Assembly: GCA_013204155.1 (NCBI GenBank)
Contig: JABMOK010000090.1
Location: forward strand, 14,850-78,849
Direction of reading: 5' to 3'
Length of the DNA: 64,000 nt
Origin: Pseudohongiella sp.
GTDB taxonomy: Bacteria; Pseudomonadota; Gammaproteobacteria; Pseudomonadales; Pseudohongiellaceae
Each line of letters begins with the position of its first letter. The stretch's first letter is position 1. The notes below the pieces were generated by a model. The model had not been told where the DNA came from. It made no database searches and was given only the letters and a program-made list of their open reading frames with translations. The position numbers were made by a program, and so were the translations under genes. This document shows positions 8,965-17,869 of the stretch, piece after piece.

Positions 8965-9903
8965 TCAGTTTGATTCTGCGAGCCGCCTTCTTAGCGGCTG
9001 CAATTGCTGCCAGACTTCTCTCTTGAGTGCGGGATAGGCCAGCATCGAATGCAGGCTACTGGTCACTGTGATGAAATAATTTGAGTTTGTTGCCGCGAAA
9101 TCTCTACTCTCGGTTCCGTCTAACGGCCGCACCAGCAAGCTATCTACCTGAGCCGAGAACACCAGGAGATTAGCAAATCGATCTGTCTCATGGCGCATTT
9201 GCACAAATCCTGAAAGCGCTCTCTTTGCTTCTTCTGCTGGATCGTTTTTCATCGATAAGCCCGCCGCCAGCGGCCAGCTAAAACTTTCGGGCTGAAAATC
9301 AACGCCACCGGTATCCAGCTTTAAAGCCGCTAAAATCGCTTTCAGTAATACCAGATCTTCTGCATTGAGTCGCTCCGATTTCTGATGCGGCACCTCGTCG
9401 ATTACCGCGAGTTTCTCACTAATTCGAAAATAGCGAAGCTTGAACCTTAGTTCATTTTCTGCTTCGGCAACGATGCTTTCTTCACTTGTCGCCAGAGTTT
9501 TTGATTCTTCCCCATTCACCTGCTTCAGGCGGCTGCCAGCGAGGCTAATGGCCGCCGTCGATTCGGAACGTGGCGGTTTGAGCGAACGAGGGACCCTTGC
9601 TATTCCAGCGTTTTTGGCTGCGCTCTCGCTGGTCTCTTTAACGCCTTCTGCCGGCCTGCTTTCTACTCCCCTGCTTTCTATTCCTTTTTCTACCCGCGCC
9701 ACTAACCCCGCTGCATAACTGCGCTCTGGCTTAATCGATAACCCGGCGCTTGCTTGCCTTGCGCTGCCTGGATCAAGCTTTTGCAGAGTTTCAAGGGGAA
9801 ATTCATAAGCCGGGGAGGGTTTCGCGCCGAGCAAAATGGATTTCGGGAAGTAAGTCTGAATGCCCATCACCTTGAGATAGGCTTGACGTTGTACTTCGTT
9901 CAT
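8965..9903 (-). CDS. DNA polymerase III psi-subunit-like protein with a long low-complexity insert
   Basis: The N-terminal QRQAYLKVMGIQTYF and C-terminal AYPALKREVWQQLQPL resemble the ends of E. coli HolD as I recall them. About 150 central residues are rich in A/S/E/K/R. Synteny with rimI supports the call. Confidence 0.45.
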   Translation of the reverse strand: MNEVQRQAYLKVMGIQTYFPKSILLGAKPSPAYEFPLETLQKLDPGSARQASAGLSIKPERSYAAGLVARVEKGIESRGVESRPAEGVKETSESAAKNAGIARVPRSLKPPRSESTAAISLAGSRLKQVNGEESKTLATSEESIVAEAENELRFKLRYFRISEKLAVIDEVPHQKSERLNAEDLVLLKAILAALKLDTGGVDFQPESFSWPLAAGLSMKNDPAEEAKRALSGFVQMRHETDRFANLLVFSAQVDSLLVRPLDGTESRDFAATNSNYFITVTSSLHSMLAYPALKREVWQQLQPLRRRLAESN

Positions 9904-10109
9904 AGCGGAGGATTAATCAGAGAAACCAGCCTGTGAATATACGCGTTTGCGACTGCCACAACAATACAATCAAAGCTTCATCTCCCTGCCGGACAAGTAA
10001 ATTCCTCTGCGAATTGAAGTCGCGGTCTTTTCATGCTTGAATCCGCCTTCATTGCACTATAGGTCAGGTCATTGCTTAAAATAGATTGTTCCTTGAAATA
10101 GGCAGTTCC

Positions 10110-11093
10110 ATGAAAGCGATAGTTTGCAAATCTTATGGCCCACCCGAAAACTTGCTTCTGCAAGAGGTGGAGGATCCCATTGCCGGGGAGAATGAAGCCG
10201 TGGTTGAAGTTTATGCCGCCTCGCTAAATTTTCCGGACGGCTTGCAGATTCAGGGAAAATATCAATACCAACCTCCGCTGCCTTTTTCTCCCGGCTCGGA
10301 AGTCGGTGGCATCATTAAATCCGTTGGCCCTGGCCTCAAAGATTTTAAACCGGGGGACAGGGTCATGGCCACACCCGGCATTGGCGGTCTGGCTGAACAG
10401 GTGTTGGTAAAAGCCGATGGCCTGCGCAAGATTCCTGAGCGCATGGATTTCAAAACGGCTGCCGGCTTTGCAATGGTATATACCACAGCCTACTACGCCC
10501 TGAAGCAACGCGCTCAACTACAGGCGGGTGAAACTCTATTGGTGCTTGGTGCCAGCGGCGGTGTTGGCCTCGCGGCGGTTGAGCTAGGCAAATTAATGGG
10601 AGCAAGAGTCATTGCCGCTGCGAGCTCGGATGAGAAGCTTGAATTCGTCAATCGCCTGCATCCTGATGCCCTGCTAAATTATGCAGATTCAGATCTAAAA
10701 GAGAAGGTAAAAGCCTTGACTGGCGATAAGGGCGCCGACGTGATTTATGACCCTGTCGGTGGCGACTTATTTGATCAAAGCTGTCGCTGCATCAATTGGA
10801 ACGGCAGATTGTTAGTGATTGGATTTGCCAGTGGCCGCATCCCCGAATACAAGGCAAATTTAGCCCTGCTAAAGGGCGCTTCGATGGTAGGGGTATTCCT
10901 TGGCCGATTTCGTAAGGAGGAGCCCGCCGAATATGAAAAGAATTTTGCCGATTTACTCACACTGTACGAACAGGGAAAGCTGTCTCCAATTGTAACCGAG
11001 TCTTTTCCGATGACTGATTATGTCGACGCCTTTAAGGTATTCTCCCAACGCAGAGTGATGGGCAAAGTAACACTGGAAATCAAGGCCGAATAA
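10110..11093 (+). CDS. NADPH:quinone oxidoreductase family (MDR superfamily) protein
   Basis: The start is moved to the ATG at 10110 (MKAIVCKSYGPPENL). It has a GroES-like N-domain and the Rossmann motif LVLGASGGVGLAAVELGK. Confidence 0.85.
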   Translation: MKAIVCKSYGPPENLLLQEVEDPIAGENEAVVEVYAASLNFPDGLQIQGKYQYQPPLPFSPGSEVGGIIKSVGPGLKDFKPGDRVMATPGIGGLAEQVLVKADGLRKIPERMDFKTAAGFAMVYTTAYYALKQRAQLQAGETLLVLGASGGVGLAAVELGKLMGARVIAAASSDEKLEFVNRLHPDALLNYADSDLKEKVKALTGDKGADVIYDPVGGDLFDQSCRCINWNGRLLVIGFASGRIPEYKANLALLKGASMVGVFLGRFRKEEPAEYEKNFADLLTLYEQGKLSPIVTESFPMTDYVDAFKVFSQRRVMGKVTLEIKAE

Positions 11094-11115
11094 GGGTCTC
11101 CTCAGAACCAAATTT

Positions 11116-12852
11116 ATGTATACAGAAGAACAAATTCGTCAGGATCTGGCCAAGCTTAAATTAATTGCTGCCGAGCATAAGGCACCGGGCGCCGCGCTGG
11201 AAACGGAAACCATCACCATTGAGGGCGTGGAACAGGACGTATTTTCCCATATTCCGAGCAATCTTGGAGAACTCTATGCTCTGGGTCTGGAAGCCCCCGA
11301 CCGGACATTCCTTGTCTATCAGCAGGAACGCTATAGCTTCGCCGAAACACTGGATATGGCTCTGCGCATGGCGCGGGTGCTGAAAGAGCAATTCGATATC
11401 TGTTTGGGCGACAGGGTCGCGATATGTGCGCGAAATTCCCCGGAATGGTGTATCAGTTACATGGCCATCACCCTATTGGGTGCTATCGCCGTACCGATGA
11501 ACTCCTGGTGGAAAACGTCGGAATTGAAATATGGACTGAGCGACAGCGGCAGCAAACTTTGTTTCCTCGATCCCCCGCGACTAAAGCTGGTTTTACCTTT
11601 TCTTGACCCGCTTCAGGATCAGATTATTTTGATCAAACCTGAAGCCGAGGCAGAATTCCCTGAATTTTATCAACTGATCAAATCCGTTGCCCCATTGTCC
11701 ACAGCGGAATTGAACGCTATCCAGGTACTACCGGAAGCGAGCGCATCGATAATGTATACTTCAGGATCCACCGGTATGCCCAAGGGCGTACTCTCGACTC
11801 ACCGCAATATTATCAATGCCCTGTATAGCTGGAAATTTGTCAAGGAAATTGGCGACATCCTGCGGCCCGAACTGCTCGAAGAAAATCCAGAGTTTGATCC
11901 TGCTCTGCTGGCGAATGTTCCCCTGTTCCATGTTACCGGCAGTCATGCTCAGTTCCTGGCCTGCTTCGTCTACCTGCGCAAGTTTGTAATGATGTATAAG
12001 TGGGATGCAGAAAAAGCACTGCAGTTGGTGGAGACAGAACGCATATCGATATTCCATGGCGTGCCAACCATGACCTGGGAAATCATGCAGTCTGACAAGT
12101 TCGACTCCACCGATTTAAGTAGCTTACGTGGCGTCGCAAGCGGAGGCGCCTCTCGGCCGCCCGAGCATCTCAGCATGATGCTGCAAAAGTTTCCGGCTAA
12201 GGCTATTCCCGGCCTCGGCTATGGATTAACGGAAACCAACGCCATCGGCGCGATTATTTCTGGCGCGTTTTATGCCGCCAAACCCAATAGCACAGGCAGA
12301 CCCACCCCTCCACTAACCAGCATCAAGATTGTCGATGAAAATGACAAGACTCTGGAACAAGGGCAGGTTGGCGAAATCTGTATAAAAGGACCCACCATCA
12401 TGAAGGGCTATTGGAACAAGCCCGAAGCGACAGCGGAGGTTATTAAGGATGGCTGGTTTTACACCGGCGATATCGGCATGCTGGACGAGCTGGGTTTTCT
12501 CATTATTCTTGATCGCGCGAAGGACATTGTGATTCGCGGTGGAGAGAATATCGGCTGTGCTGAGGTTGAGTATGCGATTAGCGAACATTCGGCTGTCAAC
12601 GAAGTATACGTCTACGGCATCCCGGACCAGCGACTGGGAGAAATCCCCTGCGCCTCCATTATGCTGATAGCTGGCAGTCAATTAAATGCCCAAGAATTAC
12701 ATGCATTCCTGGCGGATCGCCTTGCTAACTTTAAGATTCCCGCGCTAACATTCTTCCAGTATGAACAACTGCCTCGAATAGCAAGTGGGAAGATCGCCAA
12801 GAAAGAACTGCGCCAGCAAACTATTGATTCGCTGGCTAGTGCCGTGTCCTGA
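11116..12852 (+). CDS. AMP-dependent acyl-CoA synthetase/ligase
   Basis: It has the AMP-binding signature MYTSGSTGMPKGV, a later YGLTET motif, GWFYTGDIG and a C-terminal SGKIAKKEL. Length is 578 aa. Confidence 0.9.
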   Translation: MYTEEQIRQDLAKLKLIAAEHKAPGAALETETITIEGVEQDVFSHIPSNLGELYALGLEAPDRTFLVYQQERYSFAETLDMALRMARVLKEQFDICLGDRVAICARNSPEWCISYMAITLLGAIAVPMNSWWKTSELKYGLSDSGSKLCFLDPPRLKLVLPFLDPLQDQIILIKPEAEAEFPEFYQLIKSVAPLSTAELNAIQVLPEASASIMYTSGSTGMPKGVLSTHRNIINALYSWKFVKEIGDILRPELLEENPEFDPALLANVPLFHVTGSHAQFLACFVYLRKFVMMYKWDAEKALQLVETERISIFHGVPTMTWEIMQSDKFDSTDLSSLRGVASGGASRPPEHLSMMLQKFPAKAIPGLGYGLTETNAIGAIISGAFYAAKPNSTGRPTPPLTSIKIVDENDKTLEQGQVGEICIKGPTIMKGYWNKPEATAEVIKDGWFYTGDIGMLDELGFLIILDRAKDIVIRGGENIGCAEVEYAISEHSAVNEVYVYGIPDQRLGEIPCASIMLIAGSQLNAQELHAFLADRLANFKIPALTFFQYEQLPRIASGKIAKKELRQQTIDSLASAVS

Positions 12853-13093
12853 ATAGACAGAGGCCCTGAATAGACAGAGGCCGCATACCGCCAACAGGCT
12901 GTTTCTGGCCATGCAATGCCTGCCTAATCCAGCGCTTTCCGGACTTAAAGTCACGATCTGTAACCGATCTCTTTAAATCATTGAAAAATTTTCTAAATTA
13001 TATTGAAGTATCGACGTCATACTAACGATAATCTAGATTATGGGCTTAGGTTCAGCATAAGCTCATTAATTACCCAACACAGCGAGAATTGCC

Positions 13094-13372
13094 ATGCAAG
13101 AACAAGAATGGGATGACTCCATCGAAGACGCCAAAGAATTTTTTGAGGCTGGAGCAATACTGCCCGATGAAGACTCCGAAGAAAAAACACCCAATCCGGT
13201 ATCGAAGTCTCATATTACCGAACTGCGCCGACGCATCGAAGATCGAATCGAAAGCAAACGCATAGCCCAGGAATTCGACTATGACGAACTCGGCGAGCTC
13301 GGTGATTTCGACGACTTCGACGATTTCAACGACTTCGATGATTACGACGAGCTCACCGATAGCCTACAGTAG
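13094..13372 (+). CDS. small highly acidic protein
   Basis: A 92-aa ORF with a central basic helix, ELRRRIEDRIESKRIAQEF, and the tail DELGELGDFDDFDDFNDFDDYDELTDSLQ. It may belong to the PA3496-like small acidic protein family, but that is from memory only. Confidence 0.5.
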   Translation: MQEQEWDDSIEDAKEFFEAGAILPDEDSEEKTPNPVSKSHITELRRRIEDRIESKRIAQEFDYDELGELGDFDDFDDFNDFDDYDELTDSLQ

Positions 13373-13545
13373 GCCTTACTGAGACTTGCCTCCTTCTCCA
13401 GGCGCAGATTGCCAGCTCACTCTGCCAAGCTTCAGGCGTGTCCTGTTAAGGCTCTGTGAGGCTCTGGAAAATCCACAAAAAACCGCTACCAAGTAATCTG
13501 CATAATTAGTATGATTGATGGCTTGTCAGTCTAGAAATATGAACA

Positions 13546-14304
13546 ATGACGTATTGTGTAGCAATATCGGTGGATGCCGGGATGGTGTTTTGCTCGGATT
13601 CACTCACCAACGCTGGCATTGATCAGGTGTCCACTTACAGCAAAATGTTCCACTTTGGAATTGAGGGCGAACGGCAGTTTGTTATTCTCACTGCGGGTAA
13701 TTTAGCCACCAGTCAAGCCACGATAGCCAGAGTTAAAATCGACATTAAGCAGAATGCCGAGGTTAATCTTCTCAATATTGGCAGCATAGAAGAAGCGGCT
13801 GACTATCTGGGAGACCTCAGCCGTGTGCAGCAGGAAAAACGCACAATCGAAGGCAAGAAATTTGAAGCCAGTTTTATTATTGGCGGACAAATTGGTAGTG
13901 CCAAGCACGAAATTATTTTGGTCTATCCGGAAGGGAATCACATTACCACTTCCATGGATACGCCTTATCTTCAGATCGGTGAGAGTAAGTATGGCAAACC
14001 GATACTCGACCGAATTCTAACACCCGCTCTGGATCTGGACACCTGCGCCTTATGCGCCCTCGTATCCATGGATTCAACCCTGAGAAGTAATCTTAGTGTA
14101 GGACCACCGATTGAAACCCTGGTTTATAAAACCGGGAGCCTTACTGTAACCAATTATCACAGATTTGACGGGGACAGTGAATTTTTACGCGACCTGAAAA
14201 AATCCTGGGATCAACTCCTGAAGAACGCCTTTGTGCAATTGCCTCCACTAAAATGGGCAACTAACTGGGATAAATCAGGCCGTGAACGAAGCGGAGCTTC
14301 TTAA
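13546..14304 (+). CDS. Anbu-type proteasome beta-subunit homologue (proteasome-type protease)
   Basis: The N-terminus MTYCVAISVDAGMVFCSDSLTNAG has Thr at position 2, so Thr would be the N-terminal nucleophile after Met removal. Length is 252 aa. It neighbours circularly permuted ATP-grasp and alpha-E genes. Confidence 0.8.
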   Translation: MTYCVAISVDAGMVFCSDSLTNAGIDQVSTYSKMFHFGIEGERQFVILTAGNLATSQATIARVKIDIKQNAEVNLLNIGSIEEAADYLGDLSRVQQEKRTIEGKKFEASFIIGGQIGSAKHEIILVYPEGNHITTSMDTPYLQIGESKYGKPILDRILTPALDLDTCALCALVSMDSTLRSNLSVGPPIETLVYKTGSLTVTNYHRFDGDSEFLRDLKKSWDQLLKNAFVQLPPLKWATNWDKSGRERSGAS

Positions 14305-15259
14305 GCGTCAGCTTCGATAATACAAAGGGGTAAGCATCCTCTAATCCCATACTCCTGTTTAGCGCATTCAAAATAACCGCCAGTTCAGACCACTTGGCGA
14401 GAGTTTCATCGAACTCATCGAAATGTGATGACCCCAGTTTCTGATCGTAGGCAGCGGCGGTATCCAGCGTATCTATCATGTGCAGATAATGCGCCCAAAC
14501 CTCTGCCCAGTCTTCCAGAGGATGGGACTGAGCATAGTGACTAATCATTGCCGGGTCATGGGGAATGGCATCTTTGCTGGCATAGTAGTTCTTTAAAGCC
14601 GCAGCATAGTCTGCCCTTTCATCGCCAAACAGCGCACGGAACCGGGTCAGCAATTCATCGCCGAAAACAAGCTTATCGAAGTAGTAGTGACCGCTCTCGT
14701 GTCGAAAATGCCCGAGCAGAGTGCGATACAATTCACCGGTATAGGCGCGAGTGATTTCCCGATTAACCTTATCCGCTTCCGCTGTATTCACCGTAATCAT
14801 GCCATTGTAATGGCCAGTGGCAACATGCTCCTCGAAAACTCCCGGATTAGTTCGCTGATCCTCGATAAAACTGAATGCCAAACCCTTTGGATCATTAGCC
14901 CTTCCCAACACGGGAAGCTTCAATACCAGCAACGAATATATTAGCCTTCGTTTTGCCTGCTCCAGATTTTTCCACCAACGCCTTCTTTTCGGCTCCAGCA
15001 GATTAGGTATTGTATGGTTCAAACTACAGGACAGGCAGTAAGAGTTTTGCGGTTCGGTCACAAACCAGTTGCACACGTCGAAGTCCGCCGCGTTCTTGCA
15101 AAGTTTTAATTCGACTGAAGCAGAGCAATGAGGGTTCTCATCAGAGAAGGGGTACAACTCGAAAGCCGATGGATCAAACCCCAGTTGGCGATCGCAATTC
15201 AAGCATCGAGTATTCTCGAAAAACAGGGGCTGACCACAACTGCAAGTGAATTTTTTCAT
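14261..15259 (-). CDS. zinc-ribbon plus HExxH putative zinc metallopeptidase
   Basis: N-terminal zinc ribbon CSCGQPLFFENTRCLNC, the HExxH motif in FRHESGHYYF, and a downstream EDWAEVWAHYLH. It follows the alpha-E gene after a 3-bp gap. Confidence 0.75.
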   Translation of the reverse strand: MKKFTCSCGQPLFFENTRCLNCDRQLGFDPSAFELYPFSDENPHCSASVELKLCKNAADFDVCNWFVTEPQNSYCLSCSLNHTIPNLLEPKRRRWWKNLEQAKRRLIYSLLVLKLPVLGRANDPKGLAFSFIEDQRTNPGVFEEHVATGHYNGMITVNTAEADKVNREITRAYTGELYRTLLGHFRHESGHYYFDKLVFGDELLTRFRALFGDERADYAAALKNYYASKDAIPHDPAMISHYAQSHPLEDWAEVWAHYLHMIDTLDTAAAYDQKLGSSHFDEFDETLAKWSELAVILNALNRSMGLEDAYPFVLSKLTLKKLRFVHGLIYPS

Positions 15260-15262
15260 TAA

Positions 15263-16210
15263 TTATTTGTTGGGAAGAAACCAGGTTTTTGCAATTTCCT
15301 GATGGATCATGGCGATCTCCAGCTGTAGACGGTCAATATACGGCAACAACCCCCGATCCAGTAATTGATCGATCTTCCCTTGTCGCACAATCCGCAGCGT
15401 CTTCTCAACTTGTTTGGAAACTTTCGTGTTATTCGGTAATTTCCCCAACACTTTAGTTAAGGTGACTAAAGCATGAGTGACGGCGCGGGGAAATTCCTCA
15501 TCCTGCAACAAAAATTTAACAACATCTTCGGCATTGACCCGGTGCTTAACATTTTGCCGATACATTTGATAAGCGCTCTGGGAACGCAATATATTCATCC
15601 ATAAGGTATTTTCATAGGGTTCGTTGACTTCAGGCAGCACGTCAGCACCGCTCAGCGCGGGTAATAGATTACCTGATCCTACATCGACAATACGGGTGGT
15701 CATGTCAGCGCGTTCCAGACTGCGGCCCAACCGAACGAAGCTATAGGCGGCTCCCCTGCTCATAGAGCCGGCCATGAGCCCGGAAATCTGCTGACAACTG
15801 GCGATTATCTTTTCCAGCAATTCATGCCGCGGTCCTCTGGCAACACCATTAGCCAAATTTTCTTTAGCAAAAAAATACAGATTGTTTATCTGTTCAAACG
15901 CTTCCATGGGCATAATTTCGCGCGTGGTGCGAGCATTCTCACGAGTAAGAGCCAGCATATCGAGTACCGAATAGCCGTTATTGTCGGATAGCAGAAAACG
16001 TATTACGTTGCGTTCCAGCGCCTGCTTGTACTTCGCGTCGAATGCCTCGTCGGTGCCGGTTATCTCCACTAGAGAATGCCAACCCAATTTCGTCCGCGGC
16101 GGAAGGTCCAATAACAGCGTTGAAAATACATTTAACAGGCGCGCCATATTCTCGGCCCGTTCAAGATATCGAGCTTGCCAATAAACACGTTCTGCGACAC
16201 GAGAAAGCAT
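15263..16210 (-). CDS. alpha-E domain protein
   Basis: The N-terminus MLSRVAERVYWQARYLERAENMARLLNV is the characteristic alpha-E (DUF403-type) start. Length is 315 aa, and it lies directly downstream of the ATP-grasp gene. Confidence 0.85.
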   Translation of the reverse strand: MLSRVAERVYWQARYLERAENMARLLNVFSTLLLDLPPRTKLGWHSLVEITGTDEAFDAKYKQALERNVIRFLLSDNNGYSVLDMLALTRENARTTREIMPMEAFEQINNLYFFAKENLANGVARGPRHELLEKIIASCQQISGLMAGSMSRGAAYSFVRLGRSLERADMTTRIVDVGSGNLLPALSGADVLPEVNEPYENTLWMNILRSQSAYQMYRQNVKHRVNAEDVVKFLLQDEEFPRAVTHALVTLTKVLGKLPNNTKVSKQVEKTLRIVRQGKIDQLLDRGLLPYIDRLQLEIAMIHQEIAKTWFLPNK

Positions 16211-16215
16211 AATGT

Positions 16216-17661
16216 CTAATTGTCCCCTACAATCCAGGTATCTTTACTACCGCCACCCTGAGATGAATTAACAATATAAGAGCCTTTAACCATCGCGACT
16301 CGCGTCAGCCCGCCTGCGGTTACATAGGATTTATCGGCCTGCAAGACAAACGGTCGCAAATCTACATGTCTGGGCTCCACCGTCCTGTCGCATAATACGG
16401 GAACCGTGGACAATGAAATCAACGGCTGTGCCATATAATTTCTCGGATCAGCTTTAATCCTGCGGGCAAATTCCGCCAACTCTTTCTTGCTCGCCTGGGG
16501 CCCAATTAACATGCCGTAGCCCCCAGATTCATTGGCAGGCTTCACCACCAACTTATCGAGATTCTGCAATACATACTGCCGCTGCAGTTTGTCGATACAA
16601 AGAAAACTGGGGACATTGGGAAGAATAGGATCTTCACCCAAATAGTATTTAATGAACTGTGGAACATAGGTGTAAATAATTTTATCGTCGGCTACGCCAG
16701 CGCCTGGCGCATTTGCCAAGGCGACATTACCTTTGACCCAGGCTTTGAATAAACCACTGACTCCTAGCACTGAATCTTTGTTGAAAACCGACGGATCCAG
16801 AAATAAGTCATCGATGCGTCTATAGATGACATCTACCTGCGACAAGCCATCAATCGTTTTCATAAATACTTTGTCTTTCTCAACTATCAAGTCACTGCCT
16901 TCCACTAACTCTGCGCCCATTCTCTGCGCCAGATAAGAGTGCTCAAAATAGGCTGAATTAAAAACGCCCGGAGTAAGTACTGCCACCTCAGGATAGTCCG
17001 AGGGACGTGGGGAGATGGCGGCGAGGGTATCGAATAATTGATCTGGGTATTCGGTTATCGGTCGAATATTATAGTCATCTTCGAATAGCTCCGGAAATAT
17101 ACGCTTGGTTACTCTGCGATTCTCCAACATATAGGAGACACCAGATGGCACTCTCAAATTGTCTTCTAAAACGCAAAATTCTCCGCTCCCATCTTTGATC
17201 AAATCGGTGCCACAAATATGAGCCCATACATCAAATCGCGGCTTAATGCCCATACATTCTTTACGGAAATTACTCGAGTTGAGAATTAATTCTTTAGGGA
17301 TAATCTTGTCTTTAAAGATTTTTTGCTCATTATAAATATCGTGAATGAAGCAGTTTAATGCGCGCAATCTTTGTTGCAAACCCAGGCTGGTAGAATTCCA
17401 TTCCTTTTCTGCGATAATTCTCGGAATAATATCGAATGGCCATTCTCTATCGATGTTACCGGCATCGCTGTATACCGTGAAAGAAATTCCCATGGTTTTG
17501 ATAGCAAGCTCTGCCGCCAGCTTCTTTTGCAATAATTCTTCATGGGTAAGCGACTTAAGATGACTGGCCAATCGACGGGAAGGTTGGCGCGCATAACCAG
17601 GAGTGCTGATCATTTCGTCATAAAAGTTTCCCGGATTGTAATTTTTCCAGTTAACGCGCAT
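16216..17661 (-). CDS. circularly permuted type-2 ATP-grasp protein
   Basis: A 481-aa ORF whose N-terminal region, GISFTVYSDAGNIDREWPFDIIPRIIAEKEW, is typical of the family. It has the conserved pairing with an alpha-E gene. Confidence 0.85.
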   Translation of the reverse strand: MRVNWKNYNPGNFYDEMISTPGYARQPSRRLASHLKSLTHEELLQKKLAAELAIKTMGISFTVYSDAGNIDREWPFDIIPRIIAEKEWNSTSLGLQQRLRALNCFIHDIYNEQKIFKDKIIPKELILNSSNFRKECMGIKPRFDVWAHICGTDLIKDGSGEFCVLEDNLRVPSGVSYMLENRRVTKRIFPELFEDDYNIRPITEYPDQLFDTLAAISPRPSDYPEVAVLTPGVFNSAYFEHSYLAQRMGAELVEGSDLIVEKDKVFMKTIDGLSQVDVIYRRIDDLFLDPSVFNKDSVLGVSGLFKAWVKGNVALANAPGAGVADDKIIYTYVPQFIKYYLGEDPILPNVPSFLCIDKLQRQYVLQNLDKLVVKPANESGGYGMLIGPQASKKELAEFARRIKADPRNYMAQPLISLSTVPVLCDRTVEPRHVDLRPFVLQADKSYVTAGGLTRVAMVKGSYIVNSSQGGGSKDTWIVGDN

Positions 17662-17869
17662 ATCGATGGCTCTGAATGGTAGTCCAAGACCTAAGTTAGT
17701 TCATTCCGATGTCGCCCGCAACACATCTGCACATTAGCCAGCATCTCTGTTTGAACGCATCACCCCTTTCCTCTCAATGCCCTGAATAGCAAACCAGGAT
17801 ACTGTTGTGGATTAGTCGTTTAATCTTATCGCTTACAAAAAAGGGGGGCCAAGACAACTCAGAGGAATT

